Below, in pieces: positions 1-8,122 of a stretch of DNA of 41,122 nt. The position numbers were made by a program, and so were the translations under genes. Origin of the DNA: Candidatus Babeliales bacterium (lineage in GTDB: Bacteria; Babelota; Babeliae; Babelales; Vermiphilaceae); assembly GCA_963743635.1 (NCBI GenBank), contig CAVUQO010000001.1, positions 1 through 41,122 on the forward strand, given 5' to 3'. Numbering within the stretch: position 1 is the first letter of the stretch; each line of letters starts with the position of its first letter. The notes beneath the pieces were generated by a model. The model did no database searches, had not been told where the DNA came from, and saw only the letters and a list, made by a program, of their open reading frames with translations.

Positions 1-85
1 TTGTGTGGAAGATGCTCTATGTGGATTGAGCCCGACTTGATGAGCGAGATCTAATAGTGTCATCCGTCAATCCTTACTAGTTAAA

Positions 86-201
86 AATGGTGGTAATCGT
101 GGAAATGGTGGATTTGACATATCGAGCCTACAAAAAATGCCAACAAAGTTGACGAATGTTTTTGAGAAATAGATAAAAACAAATCCACCACATCCACCAC
201 A
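86..201. repeat. Convergent 9-bp iteron-like repeats (putative origin of the element)
   Basis: aatggtggt-aatcgtgga-aatggtgga at 86-112 faces tccaccaca-tccaccaca at 184-201. tggtggatttg (106-116) and caaatccacca (180-190) form a perfect inverted repeat. The site lies just downstream of the primase/helicase-like gene. Confidence 0.5.
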
Positions 202-209
202 ACAACCGG

Positions 210-2021
210 TTATATTTTTTTAATACACCATAAAGAAGTCCCTTGATGTGTTCCTCGCTGTTCTAAACGAAAACCGCTTTCAATACGATTTTTATAAAGG
301 AGTAATTTCTTTGCTAAACTGCGTTTGTTAATAGCGTCTTTGTTATTATCAGCAGTCAGCTCTGAAAGTGCTTCGTGCAGTTGTTCTTGTGTTTCTTTTG
401 TATCATCATTAATGTTCGTAGCTCGCTCAACGAGATCTTTTACCTTAATAGGTTGATCCCCAAAAAGCTCGTACCACGCGATAAAAAGTGAGGTAAGCAA
501 TAGGCGTATGGGATCTGATTTTTCTATATCTTTTCGACTTTCGCATGGATCGCTCATGCCTATCCATATTATGGCGGTCTAATCCAGTTGCTCCATTCTT
601 CAAATCTGCCAAATGGTTTTATGTTTTGCAGAGGCTTTCCGGCAACATCGTATGCTCTTAAAATAATTAAGCCGGCATTCACTAAGTCAGTTGGATGTTC
701 AGGTATATAGGTACGAAGATCTACTGAAAATTCTCGCTCCTCGGGCCGTTCAATTTGTGGATCGAGCTTACATAATAGAGCCCGCGTTGATATGTCACCC
801 ATAAAAACAAGGTTATTGCCCGTTACCAAGAAAGTTGCATTCGTTAACACTGTTCTGGTTTCATTGCCTCCCAATACGATCTTTATATTCATGTTGTGTC
901 AAAATAGAACATAAAGAGGCGCTCTTAAAGGGCTTTTCTATATTGTCATAGCAAATGATAGGGTCGCCTTCAATGAGAACGGCCATGATACGTTTTTTTT
1001 CCTCAGTTTCATTTTCAGCTTGAGCAATGACACTATTAGCTTTTCCAGTAGCAATCAATGAGACTGTGTCTGCGAGAAGGCTTTTTCCACTTGCCATTTT
1101 AGGAGCAGTGAAACCGAATAGTGGTGCGGTCGCGATAGATTTTCTAACCAGAGCGGTAAGAATTGCAGCTAGAACCACTGATCTACTTGCATCATCTTCA
1201 AAGGGAAAATCTTTAAAGAGAGACAATAATCTCTCTTTGGCGTTCATAGCATCTTGCAATGTAGGTTGTTGGGGGATTTTTTCAAACGTATGATCGCCTG
1301 GAAAGAACAGAAGCCCTGAAGTTGCATCATATCCCGGGCAATCTAGTATAGAGCCATCAACTCTCAATGTTGGTGCATTGATTATTCCCGTTAAAACCGG
1401 TATATTCCATTCCTGTTTTGCAATCAAATATCTGGAAATCCTTTCTGGGCAATCGATTTTTTTCAAGCTCCCAGATCTAGCATCAAATGTTACAAAGTCT
1501 CCTAATTTAGTCAGATGTACCGTTAAGAATGCTTGATCAATTTCTTTTATGACTAAGGCCTTTGGTGCCCTTTTTATTAAGCTTTTTTTAGAATTCGGCG
1601 CATTGGAAATTGTTGTGACTCGTACTAATTTGCCTGAGCGCTGATAAATGTCTTTTTGCTTCAATAAAAGCTTTTCAGCTCCATCTACGGACTCCGGAAG
1701 TTTTGAGGGTTCAAGATAAATTGTGCTTTCAAAAGCTTGTTTTTTTTCAAGGTACGATCTATAAGAAGCCTGCAATTCAATAACTTGAGATGCTTTGACT
1801 TGCTCTAAGCCTTCAATTGGTAATTCCAGCAACTTTTCCCAAGATAGTTTTTCATAGCCAAGTTCCCGTTTTTGGGAGCTAAGATTGCTTTCTTGCTCTG
1901 TTAAATCTTCTTGAGCGGTATTACGAGTATTTTCATAAGAAAAGCTAGTAGGTTCTTTTTTATCTTTTTTTTGATTTGTGGTATTATTTTTTTGCATTAA
2001 AATTCCTGGTTGAGAGCGCAC
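210..2021 (-). pseudogene. Satellite/phage primase-helicase-type P-loop protein, split by two frameshifts (ORFs 861..2021, 569..892, 210..557)
   Basis: Walker A-like APKMASGKSLL and downstream IICYDN. The frames join naturally: YKDR/VLGGNETR near 875 and SNWIR/(S)AIIWIGMSDP near 577. Confidence 0.7.
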
Positions 2022-2048
2022 GCATATCCAATAGGTGCGCTCTGATTT

Positions 2049-2312
2049 TTAACCGATTCTTACTAACTCTTTTGGTATTTCTTGTGTGAAGCTGTGCTGC
2101 TTTTGTGAATTCATGAAGCCATAAGAACAGCGCAATATGAGGTTCTTTGCGTCACTCATGTTTTCAAGAAATGCTGTGTATGACCATGTGCCCTTTGCTC
2201 CCGTTAGAAGTTGTCTTTCTCCCAGAATGAGTCGCCATGGCAAAACAAAGCCTTTCTTTTCTATGGCTTGTCTAAGCTCAAATAGGTAATAGTACAGGTA
2301 ATTGGCCTTCAC
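2049..2312 (-). CDS. Hypothetical protein of the mobile element (possibly the frameshifted N-terminus of the primase gene)
   Basis: 87-aa ORF; its GTG start overlaps the upstream stop (GTGA). Confidence 0.5.
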   Translation of the reverse strand: MKANYLYYYLFELRQAIEKKGFVLPWRLILGERQLLTGAKGTWSYTAFLENMSDAKNLILRCSYGFMNSQKQHSFTQEIPKELVRIG

Positions 2313-2449
2313 GTTGCCCTCTTTTTGTATCTTTGCCGTGCTGTGGGGGTTATACGCTCTCTGCGATCTATCTGTATAAGAACTTGAAAGAATGAAACAA
2401 GGCGTTGTTTCTCTTCTGGGGTAAGGCTCTCTTTTATTGCTGCATTCAT
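2309..2449 (-). CDS. Small hypothetical protein, 46 aa (MNAAIKESLTPEEKQRLVSFFQVLIQIDRRERITPTARQRYKKRAT), below the ORF-track cutoff
   Basis: Translated by hand. It fills the gap between the HTH gene and ORF 2049..2312 with a GTGA overlap. Confidence 0.55.
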   Translation of the reverse strand: MNAAIKESLTPEEKQRLVSFFQVLIQIDRRERITPTARQRYKKRAT

Positions 2450-2470
2450 TGCTACGTCTCCATCGTCCAT

Positions 2471-2740
2471 TTAATTCTCCCGGTCGTCCGCTTGTACTGG
2501 CGGAGTATGTGAAGCATTATTGGTGTTGCCGGAGGGAAGTAACCGATCCTCTAGGAATTCGATCACTGCTTTTTTGGGATATAGAATCTTGTGCCTGAGT
2601 TTGATGAATGCAGGACTATTTGACCGTTTTCTAGCCAGATACGCAGCGTCTATTGATGTGTAAATACCTAGAAACACAAGGTCTTGTGCAGATAGGAACT
2701 CACTCATATGGTCGAGCTTGTCGGATATGGATTTTGTCAT
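2471..2740 (-). CDS. Excisionase/AlpA-like helix-turn-helix DNA-binding protein
   Basis: FLSAQDL...PAFIKLRHKILYPKKAVIEFL fits the HTH_17/Xis pattern; directly downstream of the recombinase. Confidence 0.7.
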   Translation of the reverse strand: MTKSISDKLDHMSEFLSAQDLVFLGIYTSIDAAYLARKRSNSPAFIKLRHKILYPKKAVIEFLEDRLLPSGNTNNASHTPPVQADDREN

Positions 2741-2908
2741 AAGGACCTCTTGGTTTAAGAGGGTTCCTTGGGGGGCTATAAGAGAAATTCGAGATAATTA
2801 TATACAAAGAAATGTACATAATGTATGCTCAGGATACCAACACGAAGGGATCCAAAGTCCCGAATTTAAGAAGGTTATTGAGTTGACGCTCAATAATCTT
2901 CGCTCTTT

Positions 2909-3982
2909 TTAATCCTCAATGGGAACCTCGTTGATTATATTCTTGTAACTTTGGCTAAGTGCGAGCCAGGTTGCCCGCATGGTGTCAGGTTGTACGTGTT
3001 TGATATTTGCATCATTGCTCGCTTGAGTGAACGAATGATTGATTCTGGATCGTGTCAGCGGTCTTCCTTTTCTTGTAATGAATACATAGTTACTGTCTTT
3101 TCGTTGTTCTTGTGTTGATGCGATGTAGTCAGCTAATTTCTTCATGAATGACTCTGGGTAGTCTACGGGTCTTTCATATACAATATTGTTCTTTGTTTGC
3201 GGAAATCTAATGATGTTTTTGTGAAAATCAACTCGATCCAACGTGAGTTCAAGAACATCGGATATTCGTGCGATACCGTAAAACATAGAGAGGGCGATTA
3301 GATAATCTCGATAGTTGTTTTTGGCCAATGCGGCATTGAATTTTTTCAGGTCTTCGAGTGAAAGAGCTTTCCACGTTGTTTTGAGTGTAGAGCGGTAAGC
3401 AGATCTCTTTAGGGATGTTACGGGCTGCACTCTTCTAAACCAGCCATCGGTTATACGTTCGAGATAGATAGTAAATGAGATGTAGCATTCAATGCGTGCT
3501 TTTCTTGCAGCCTCGGACAAATCAGTCATCTGTTCTATATACTCTATGATTGATTTTTGATTGATATGCCTCAATCCACCAACGCTGAAATCCTGTCCAC
3601 TGGAAAAAGTGAGAGGAATAGCATTTCTGTTTAAAAGATCGGTCATATATGATGCATATTTGATACGAGTGTCTTCTTCTAGCCCGTTGAGCCATAGAGG
3701 AGTAATGTCGGTTACGGCGATGTAATCGAGTTCATCATTTAGGATACGTTGAGCCCGCTTGATTGCTTCCCGAAGTTGAAAAACCTTATACGTTCCCTCA
3801 GTGAGTTTAAGGATGGGGAATTGTTTTTCAACGACATGCATTTTTTCTAGCACTATTTTCGTTCTTGCAAGATCTTCTTCGCTCATCGGCGGGATGATAA
3901 TATCCTGCGACAGTTCGAGATACTTATCAAACTCCTCCGGCGAAGGTAAGGACGAGCAAGATTGTTTAGTGAGCATACGCAT
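2909..3982 (-). CDS. Tyrosine recombinase of the chlamydial plasmid pGP7-D/pGP8-D type, apparently catalytically incomplete
   Basis: ARIECYISFTIYLERITDG, NYRDYLIA..FYGIARISDVL (box I Arg) and VFITRKGRPL are present. HxxR reads DTMR, and the protein ends 21 aa after that Arg with no box II H/W...Y. Confidence 0.85.
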   Translation of the reverse strand: MRMLTKQSCSSLPSPEEFDKYLELSQDIIIPPMSEEDLARTKIVLEKMHVVEKQFPILKLTEGTYKVFQLREAIKRAQRILNDELDYIAVTDITPLWLNGLEEDTRIKYASYMTDLLNRNAIPLTFSSGQDFSVGGLRHINQKSIIEYIEQMTDLSEAARKARIECYISFTIYLERITDGWFRRVQPVTSLKRSAYRSTLKTTWKALSLEDLKKFNAALAKNNYRDYLIALSMFYGIARISDVLELTLDRVDFHKNIIRFPQTKNNIVYERPVDYPESFMKKLADYIASTQEQRKDSNYVFITRKGRPLTRSRINHSFTQASNDANIKHVQPDTMRATWLALSQSYKNIINEVPIED

Positions 3983-4014
3983 TCCTTTGGTGTTTTTTAT
4001 AGTTAATGGCGATC

Positions 4015-4043
4015 ACTATACTACTGTTCTCTGTTCTGTGCAA
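4015..4043 (-). promoter_or_regulatory. sigma70-like promoter of the recombinase
   Basis: Minus strand TTGCAC-17 bp-TATAGT, 33 bp upstream of the start codon. Confidence 0.65.
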
Positions 4044-4068
4044 GTTTTACATCACAACGTATATAATT

Positions 4069-4194
4069 TTATTGCGGGACAGGTAACCTGAGTTCTGAAA
4101 AGGCCGTCTGAATGCGTTGCAAACTAAAATCGAATGTGATATCCTTGTTAAGGAATAGGTCTACTAAGGGCCGGAGCTTCTTCATGAAGTTCAC
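4069..4194 (-). CDS. Small peptide of repeat copy 1, 41 aa (MNFMKKLRPLVDLFLNKDITFDFSLQRIQTAFSELRLPVPQ); candidate antisense-controlled toxin or leader peptide
   Basis: GTG at 4194 (or ATG at 4185), with GAGGA upstream inside the hairpin. Ungapped homology to the copy-4 peptide, with synonymous codon differences. Confidence 0.6.
   Translation of the reverse strand: MNFMKKLRPLVDLFLNKDITFDFSLQRIQTAFSELRLPVPQ
4117..4145 (+). promoter_or_regulatory. sigma70-like promoter for copy-1 sRNA, inside the antisense peptide ORF
   Basis: TTGCAA-17 bp-TATCCT with an extended -10 TG. Confidence 0.6.
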
Positions 4195-4237
4195 ACATAA
4201 AATTAGATCCTCTGGAGAAATCCAGGGGATTTTTTTT
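4152..4237 (+). ncRNA. Repeat copy 1 (subtype A): putative ~85-nt structured sRNA
   Basis: Hairpin gagcttc-ttcat-gaagttc; 27-bp core gaagttcacacataaaattagatcctc (4186-4212); terminator atcctctgga-GAAA-tccaggggat followed by a T tract. Confidence 0.6.
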
Positions 4238-4254
4238 ACATAAAAATGCGGTTT

Positions 4255-4283
4255 ATTTTAGAATGAAGTAGGAAGGCTTTTAA
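4255..4283 (-). promoter_or_regulatory. Possible promoter for the copy-1 peptide mRNA
   Basis: Minus strand TTAAAA-17 bp-TAAAAT pointing into the repeat. Confidence 0.35.
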
Positions 4284-4306
4284 GGCCCTACGATTGGAAG
4301 GGGAAA

Positions 4307-5080
4307 TTGTTTATGTTATTGCCAGAAAAATTTAACCAAGGGTACATTATTGAGTGGGTGTATGAAGGGAAAGGGCTTAGAGATTTTACCGATGATGATT
4401 TGCGGTTTATCATACCTCTTGATCAACGATTTAGAGAAAGACAAAGACTTGCAAATGAGCTACGCGAAAAAATTATTAACCCCCTAATAGTTTTGAAGAA
4501 TAAGCACTCTATCTTAAAAGAGGTTTTGATTCGTTCAGAAGAAATCAGTCATAGTTTGCTGTATAAATTAATCGAGGACTCTGCGAGACAAAATATAACA
4601 GATTTTTACGATCTGATGGATAAATTTATTGATTTGCTTGGGCAATATAAAAATAATTATTCACCTTTGTTTAATAAAGACTCTCAAAAAAAACTTCTTA
4701 AGGCTTGCAGTACGCCTGAAAACATTGATAAATACTGCGAACTAAGCAATCTTATCGATCAAAAAAGGAATTACCTATTTTCGTCGTTTAACCAAAATGG
4801 TGAGATCCAAAAAGATAGCTGGTGTAAGCTGATCGATGATGTGAGAGCAAATCGGGATAAAATAAAATCTTATCGCGATAAAGTCGCAAGTCATGCAGAT
4901 GACGAATTAGTTAATTTAAGCTGGAGAGAGGCGGGACAGGCAATAGAATCTTTTCTTAATTATACCTCTGCCATTTCTACAGTTCTTTCGTTCGGTAATC
5001 GCTTTGAAACGGGTCTCTCCGACATTGAACAAATGATTAAAATACTGCGCAGCATATTATTTGAGAAAAATAGAGCATGA
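4307..5080 (+). CDS. HEPN-domain (AbiU2-like) putative RNase
   Basis: Helical-looking protein with YRDKVASHAD (Rx5H HEPN motif); SD aagggga upstream. Confidence 0.6.
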   Translation: MFMLLPEKFNQGYIIEWVYEGKGLRDFTDDDLRFIIPLDQRFRERQRLANELREKIINPLIVLKNKHSILKEVLIRSEEISHSLLYKLIEDSARQNITDFYDLMDKFIDLLGQYKNNYSPLFNKDSQKKLLKACSTPENIDKYCELSNLIDQKRNYLFSSFNQNGEIQKDSWCKLIDDVRANRDKIKSYRDKVASHADDELVNLSWREAGQAIESFLNYTSAISTVLSFGNRFETGLSDIEQMIKILRSILFEKNRA

Positions 5081-5898
5081 AGAATATAAAAGATATAGTG
5101 TTGGTTTTTGTGAGTACGATCTTTATTACTCCGGTGCAGGCAATAACTCTCGTGAAAGATTCCAAAATGTATATTCCCATAGCTCTATTATCTCCTGGTC
5201 AGATTCGCTTTACGCAAGCCAATGTGGATACTAAAGCGGTAAAATTGTCTCGATCTAAGGGACATTATGATAATGGTAATAGTTCCATACAAGAGACCAA
5301 TCCAATTCCCGTTGTTCTGGGTCCTGATAATCTCATCATCTTAGTCGATAGTCATCATGAATGTCTGGCGGCGCAAAAAATTGGCGATACAACCGCACCA
5401 GTCTTAGTGGTTGATGATTTGCGTCATTTAAATAGGTCAGCATTTTTCAAACAGGCGCAGGCCAACAATTATATATATCCTTTTGATTTCATGGGTGATC
5501 TTATGCCGATGTCCGAGGCTGGATGGTATACCTGGAGGCAGATGCAGGATGATCCAAATCGCCTTTTTGCAGCATTTACCGCATGGAAGTGTAGCAATGA
5601 TGGTAAGTGGACCAAAGATCCTAATGCCACGCAGGATCCTGCGTATCCACTTTGGATAAAAAAGGCGCATGAAAAGGTAAAAATTGCTTTTATTGAGTTC
5701 AAAATGGCAACAGTCTTATACCAGGCAGGATTGCGATATGATTATGCTTGGGGAACTAATCCAAATGATGAGCGCGTTGCTCAATTTACCGAGCAGGCAC
5801 GTTCAGTTTTAGTGAAAGCACTCGACGAAGAGCGCATTTCATCGTTTGATCTCATTCCAGAAAAGTTAGCATTGGATGAAATAATAAAGAATCAATGA
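5077..5898 (+). CDS. ParB-like nuclease family protein (ParBc_2-type) with N-terminal signal peptide
   Basis: LSPGQ, PIPVVLGPD, VDSHH and DDPNR motifs; ATGA overlap with the HEPN gene. Confidence 0.75.
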   Translation: MKNIKDIVLVFVSTIFITPVQAITLVKDSKMYIPIALLSPGQIRFTQANVDTKAVKLSRSKGHYDNGNSSIQETNPIPVVLGPDNLIILVDSHHECLAAQKIGDTTAPVLVVDDLRHLNRSAFFKQAQANNYIYPFDFMGDLMPMSEAGWYTWRQMQDDPNRLFAAFTAWKCSNDGKWTKDPNATQDPAYPLWIKKAHEKVKIAFIEFKMATVLYQAGLRYDYAWGTNPNDERVAQFTEQARSVLVKALDEERISSFDLIPEKLALDEIIKNQ

Positions 5899-5972
5899 AG
5901 TGCTCAGTAATGGCGCCTGCATGAAGTTCACACATAAAATTAGATCCTCGCACGAAAGTGCGGGGATTTTTT
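5897..5972 (+). repeat. Repeat copy 2 (subtype B, ~9-bp internal deletion relative to copy 3); would also terminate the HEPN-ParB operon
   Basis: Identical 27-bp core at 5923-5949; hairpin atcctcgcac-GAAA-gtgcggggat followed by a T tract. Confidence 0.85.
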
Positions 5973-6059
5973 ATGCTTAAAAGTGTGTCTTGTTCAGTGC
6001 GCGCAGCTCTCAGTCAGCTTGAATGGTTGAAGCATTTTTGCCTGTAGGCCCGCAGGAAT

Positions 6060-6347
6060 TTAATCGAGGTTATCGAGTTCGAGCTTTTTTCTATTTTTAC
6101 GACGTCTTCTTTTCGCATAAAGGGTATGCTTCCGAGAAAGGGTCCTTTTTGGCTTATTGCGTTGTTTGCCATGCCTTGTGCCACAAATACAGCTATTAGC
6201 CTGGCAAGCACAGGCGCAGCATGAATATGAGGTCTTATTAAGGGATTGGCTTTCTGGAGAATTCTCCAGAAATAGCGGATTCATGAGAGAAATAACAGCT
6301 AATAAGCTGCCAAGCGTCTTACGGGTTATTGCCATTGGATCTTTCAA
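6060..6347 (-). CDS. Small putative secreted protein with a Cys cluster and a very basic tail
   Basis: Hydrophobic N-terminus, CCACACQANSCIC, then KRRRRKNRKK. Confidence 0.55.
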   Translation of the reverse strand: MKDPMAITRKTLGSLLAVISLMNPLFLENSPESQSLNKTSYSCCACACQANSCICGTRHGKQRNKPKRTLSRKHTLYAKRRRRKNRKKLELDNLD

Positions 6348-6487
6348 GATATTTTATTAGCTATATTAAATTTAAGAATATCCGTATTTAGCCTTTTTGA
6401 AAAGAGATAATAGAGCTTTTTCGCTATTTACAAGCATTCTGAGGTATAGATCAAGGAAAGGGGGGACCAGCCCCGTTATGCGTCCTG

Positions 6488-6524
6488 TAATGCTTCGAAG
6501 TGCTGGCTGCGCTTCGAAGCATTA
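6488..6524. repeat. Perfect 13-bp inverted repeat
   Basis: taatgcttcgaag ... cttcgaagcatta. Confidence 0.7.
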
Positions 6525-6631
6525 GCGAAAAGGTGATACAGCGATTAAGTTGCAAAATAGATGAAAAATGAATTATTGATGGTTTTTTGCTTTTGGTAAT
6601 AATTGTTGTAGCTTGTGTCATCTAAAAGTTC

Positions 6632-6714
6632 GAAGTGTGGATAATGACGTCCGGAACTTCATCACGAAGTTCACACATAAAATTAGATCCTCGCACGAAA
6701 GTGCGGGGATTTTT
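6632..6714 (+). repeat. Repeat copy 3 (subtype B): putative sRNA, antisense to an 18-aa ORF at 6618..6674 (MNFVMKFRTSLSTLRTFR)
   Basis: Perfect hairpin gaacttc-atcac-gaagttc; identical core at 6666-6692; terminator as in copy 2. Confidence 0.85.
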
Positions 6715-6842
6715 ATGCCTAAAATTGTTGGATTATGCCTCTCAGAGCGACCCTTTTGCGAAAATATCCAAAGATGGTAAAATGAATGTAAGTATAGGTG
6801 TTATACTTACATTATTTAATAATAAATCCTTAGGAGGATACA

Positions 6843-7187
6843 ATGAATTTAAAAACTATAACAGCAGTAGCACTCAATGTCGTTACGCTTACATGCTTGG
6901 CAACACCAGTAAAAATGCCAGACGAAAAGACGCTCAATAAGAGAATGGCCGATATCGGCATGAATCATTTTGCAGAAAAAACGGGAATCGTAAAGCAGAT
7001 GGCCGGCCAACAAAAAGAAGCTCTTGCAGTTGTAATGGCTGTAGAATTAGCTCTATATGATTATGCAGAACTCGTGAAGAACCCTGCAGTGACTATAACA
7101 GCAAACATGAATAAAAATATGGTTATAGAAGCATTCTTACAGGATCATCCTGAAAAATTACAAGAACTAGCTCAACAGGGCTTATAA
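6843..7187 (+). CDS. Putative secreted hypothetical protein
   Basis: SD aggagg, signal-like N-terminus, and its own terminator. Confidence 0.8.
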   Translation: MNLKTITAVALNVVTLTCLATPVKMPDEKTLNKRMADIGMNHFAEKTGIVKQMAGQQKEALAVVMAVELALYDYAELVKNPAVTITANMNKNMVIEAFLQDHPEKLQELAQQGL

Positions 7188-7214
7188 TAAATAATATTGA
7201 TCCTTGATCATAAG

Positions 7215-7245
7215 AAAGCCTCAGAATTAAAACTCTGGGGCTTTT
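7215..7245 (+). terminator. Intrinsic (possibly bidirectional) terminator
   Basis: aaagcctcaga...tctggggctttt lies between convergent ORFs 6843..7187 (+) and 7299..7433 (-). Confidence 0.7.
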
Positions 7246-7298
7246 CTTGTGCTTAGCAATCGATCAGATAGCCATTAATGGTAGTTTTCTTCAGAGCT

Positions 7299-7433
7299 TC
7301 ATATCCATCTTCTTTTTTCAGCTCTTTCTATCTCCTCAAAGAAGGTTTGAAAGTGATGTAAACTAACGGTATACTGGATCTCTCCGATACGGAATTTGTC
7401 TATTAAGGACCAGAGCTTCTTCATGAAGTTCAC
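7299..7433 (-). CDS. Small peptide of repeat copy 4, 44 aa (MNFMKKLWSLIDKFRIGEIQYTVSLHHFQTFFEEIERAEKRRWI)
   Basis: Homologue of 4069..4194; it is the 3' part of track ORF 7299..7499. Confidence 0.6.
   Translation of the reverse strand: MNFMKKLWSLIDKFRIGEIQYTVSLHHFQTFFEEIERAEKRRWI
7347..7375 (+). promoter_or_regulatory. sigma70 promoter for copy-4 sRNA, inside the antisense peptide ORF
   Basis: TTGAAA-17 bp-TATACT. Confidence 0.7.
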
Positions 7434-7474
7434 ACATAAAATTAGATCCTCTGGAGAAATCCAGGGGATTTTTT
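7382..7474 (+). ncRNA. Repeat copy 4 (subtype A): putative ~90-nt sRNA
   Basis: Near-identical to copy 1 from 7391 onward; core at 7425-7451; same terminator. Confidence 0.6.
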
Positions 7475-7525
7475 GTTGAAAAGACATTAAAATAAGCATT
7501 ACTTTATAGTAGATAAGGGATTTTC

Positions 7526-8104
7526 ATGAAGCGTATGTTATATAACGGTCTATTGGGCCTCTTGATTGGTGGCTCACTGCTCTGCGCAATAAATTCTTTA
7601 GAAAAATCAGCGCATGACACCACTATAATTCGATCTCATATTGAAGCGTATCAGAAAGATAAGCATCATGATTTTGTCGCAGATCTCTTAGCTCGCGATC
7701 CGCATAACTTTCCGGATGCTGATATGGTATCCGATCTTGATAGTGATATTGTTGAAATCAGCCTGCAACTTGAAAATGGTCAGGTTGTTACATGTGTTTT
7801 TAAACAGAAGATATTTATATGTTGTCGTGGTGTCGAATCAATCGGTTTTGTGCGGATTTTTAGTATACCTGAAGCTCAGAGTGGTATGATTGCCCAAATG
7901 ACGGTTAAGAAAGATTTTCGTCGTATGGGCGCCGGTACTCAATTACTCAAGCATGCGATTGAAAGCCTTAAATCTGAAGGTATTCAAGAAATAACAACTG
8001 AGTCTGTGGCCGATAATAAAGCTGCGCATGCATTATATGAAAAAATTGGTTTTGAAAAAATGGCTGAACTGCCAGATAGTTACGTCTATAGAATGCAGCT
8101 TTAG
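7526..8104 (+). CDS. GNAT family N-acetyltransferase with signal peptide
   Basis: VKKDFRRMGAGTQLL (motif A) and NKAAHALYEKIGF. Confidence 0.9.
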   Translation: MKRMLYNGLLGLLIGGSLLCAINSLEKSAHDTTIIRSHIEAYQKDKHHDFVADLLARDPHNFPDADMVSDLDSDIVEISLQLENGQVVTCVFKQKIFICCRGVESIGFVRIFSIPEAQSGMIAQMTVKKDFRRMGAGTQLLKHAIESLKSEGIQEITTESVADNKAAHALYEKIGFEKMAELPDSYVYRMQL

Positions 8105-8122
8105 AAGCGTGCGCTCAAAAAG

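Larger units (their letters stand above)
1..4043 (-). mobile_element. Part of an integrative satellite/ICE-like element (int-xis-small ORFs-primase/helicase-ori); left end lies outside the window
   Basis: Co-oriented gene order typical of P4/PICI-like satellites; att sites not identified. Confidence 0.65.

Noticed and set aside
4171..4200. Repeat as a duplicated 3' end of a protein gene (PELLHEVHT*), i.e. att scars
   Set aside because: An in-frame stop lies two codons upstream in copies 1, 3 and 4. The variation is explained by RNA pairing and the minus-strand ORF. Not fully excluded without a genome search.
4186..4212. dif/pdif site or classical attC
   Set aside because: Only acataa matches a Xer arm and no ttatgttaaat-like partner lies 6 bp away; there are no RYYYAAC/GTTRRRY ends, and the recombinase is not IntI-like.
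6635..6940. 101-aa ORF, and the TTG start at 8159 for the Sel1 gene
   Set aside because: The first runs through the copy-3 terminator and overlaps a better gene; the second starts inside the copy-5 hairpin. Better starts exist at 6843 (clear SD) and 8264 (signal peptide).
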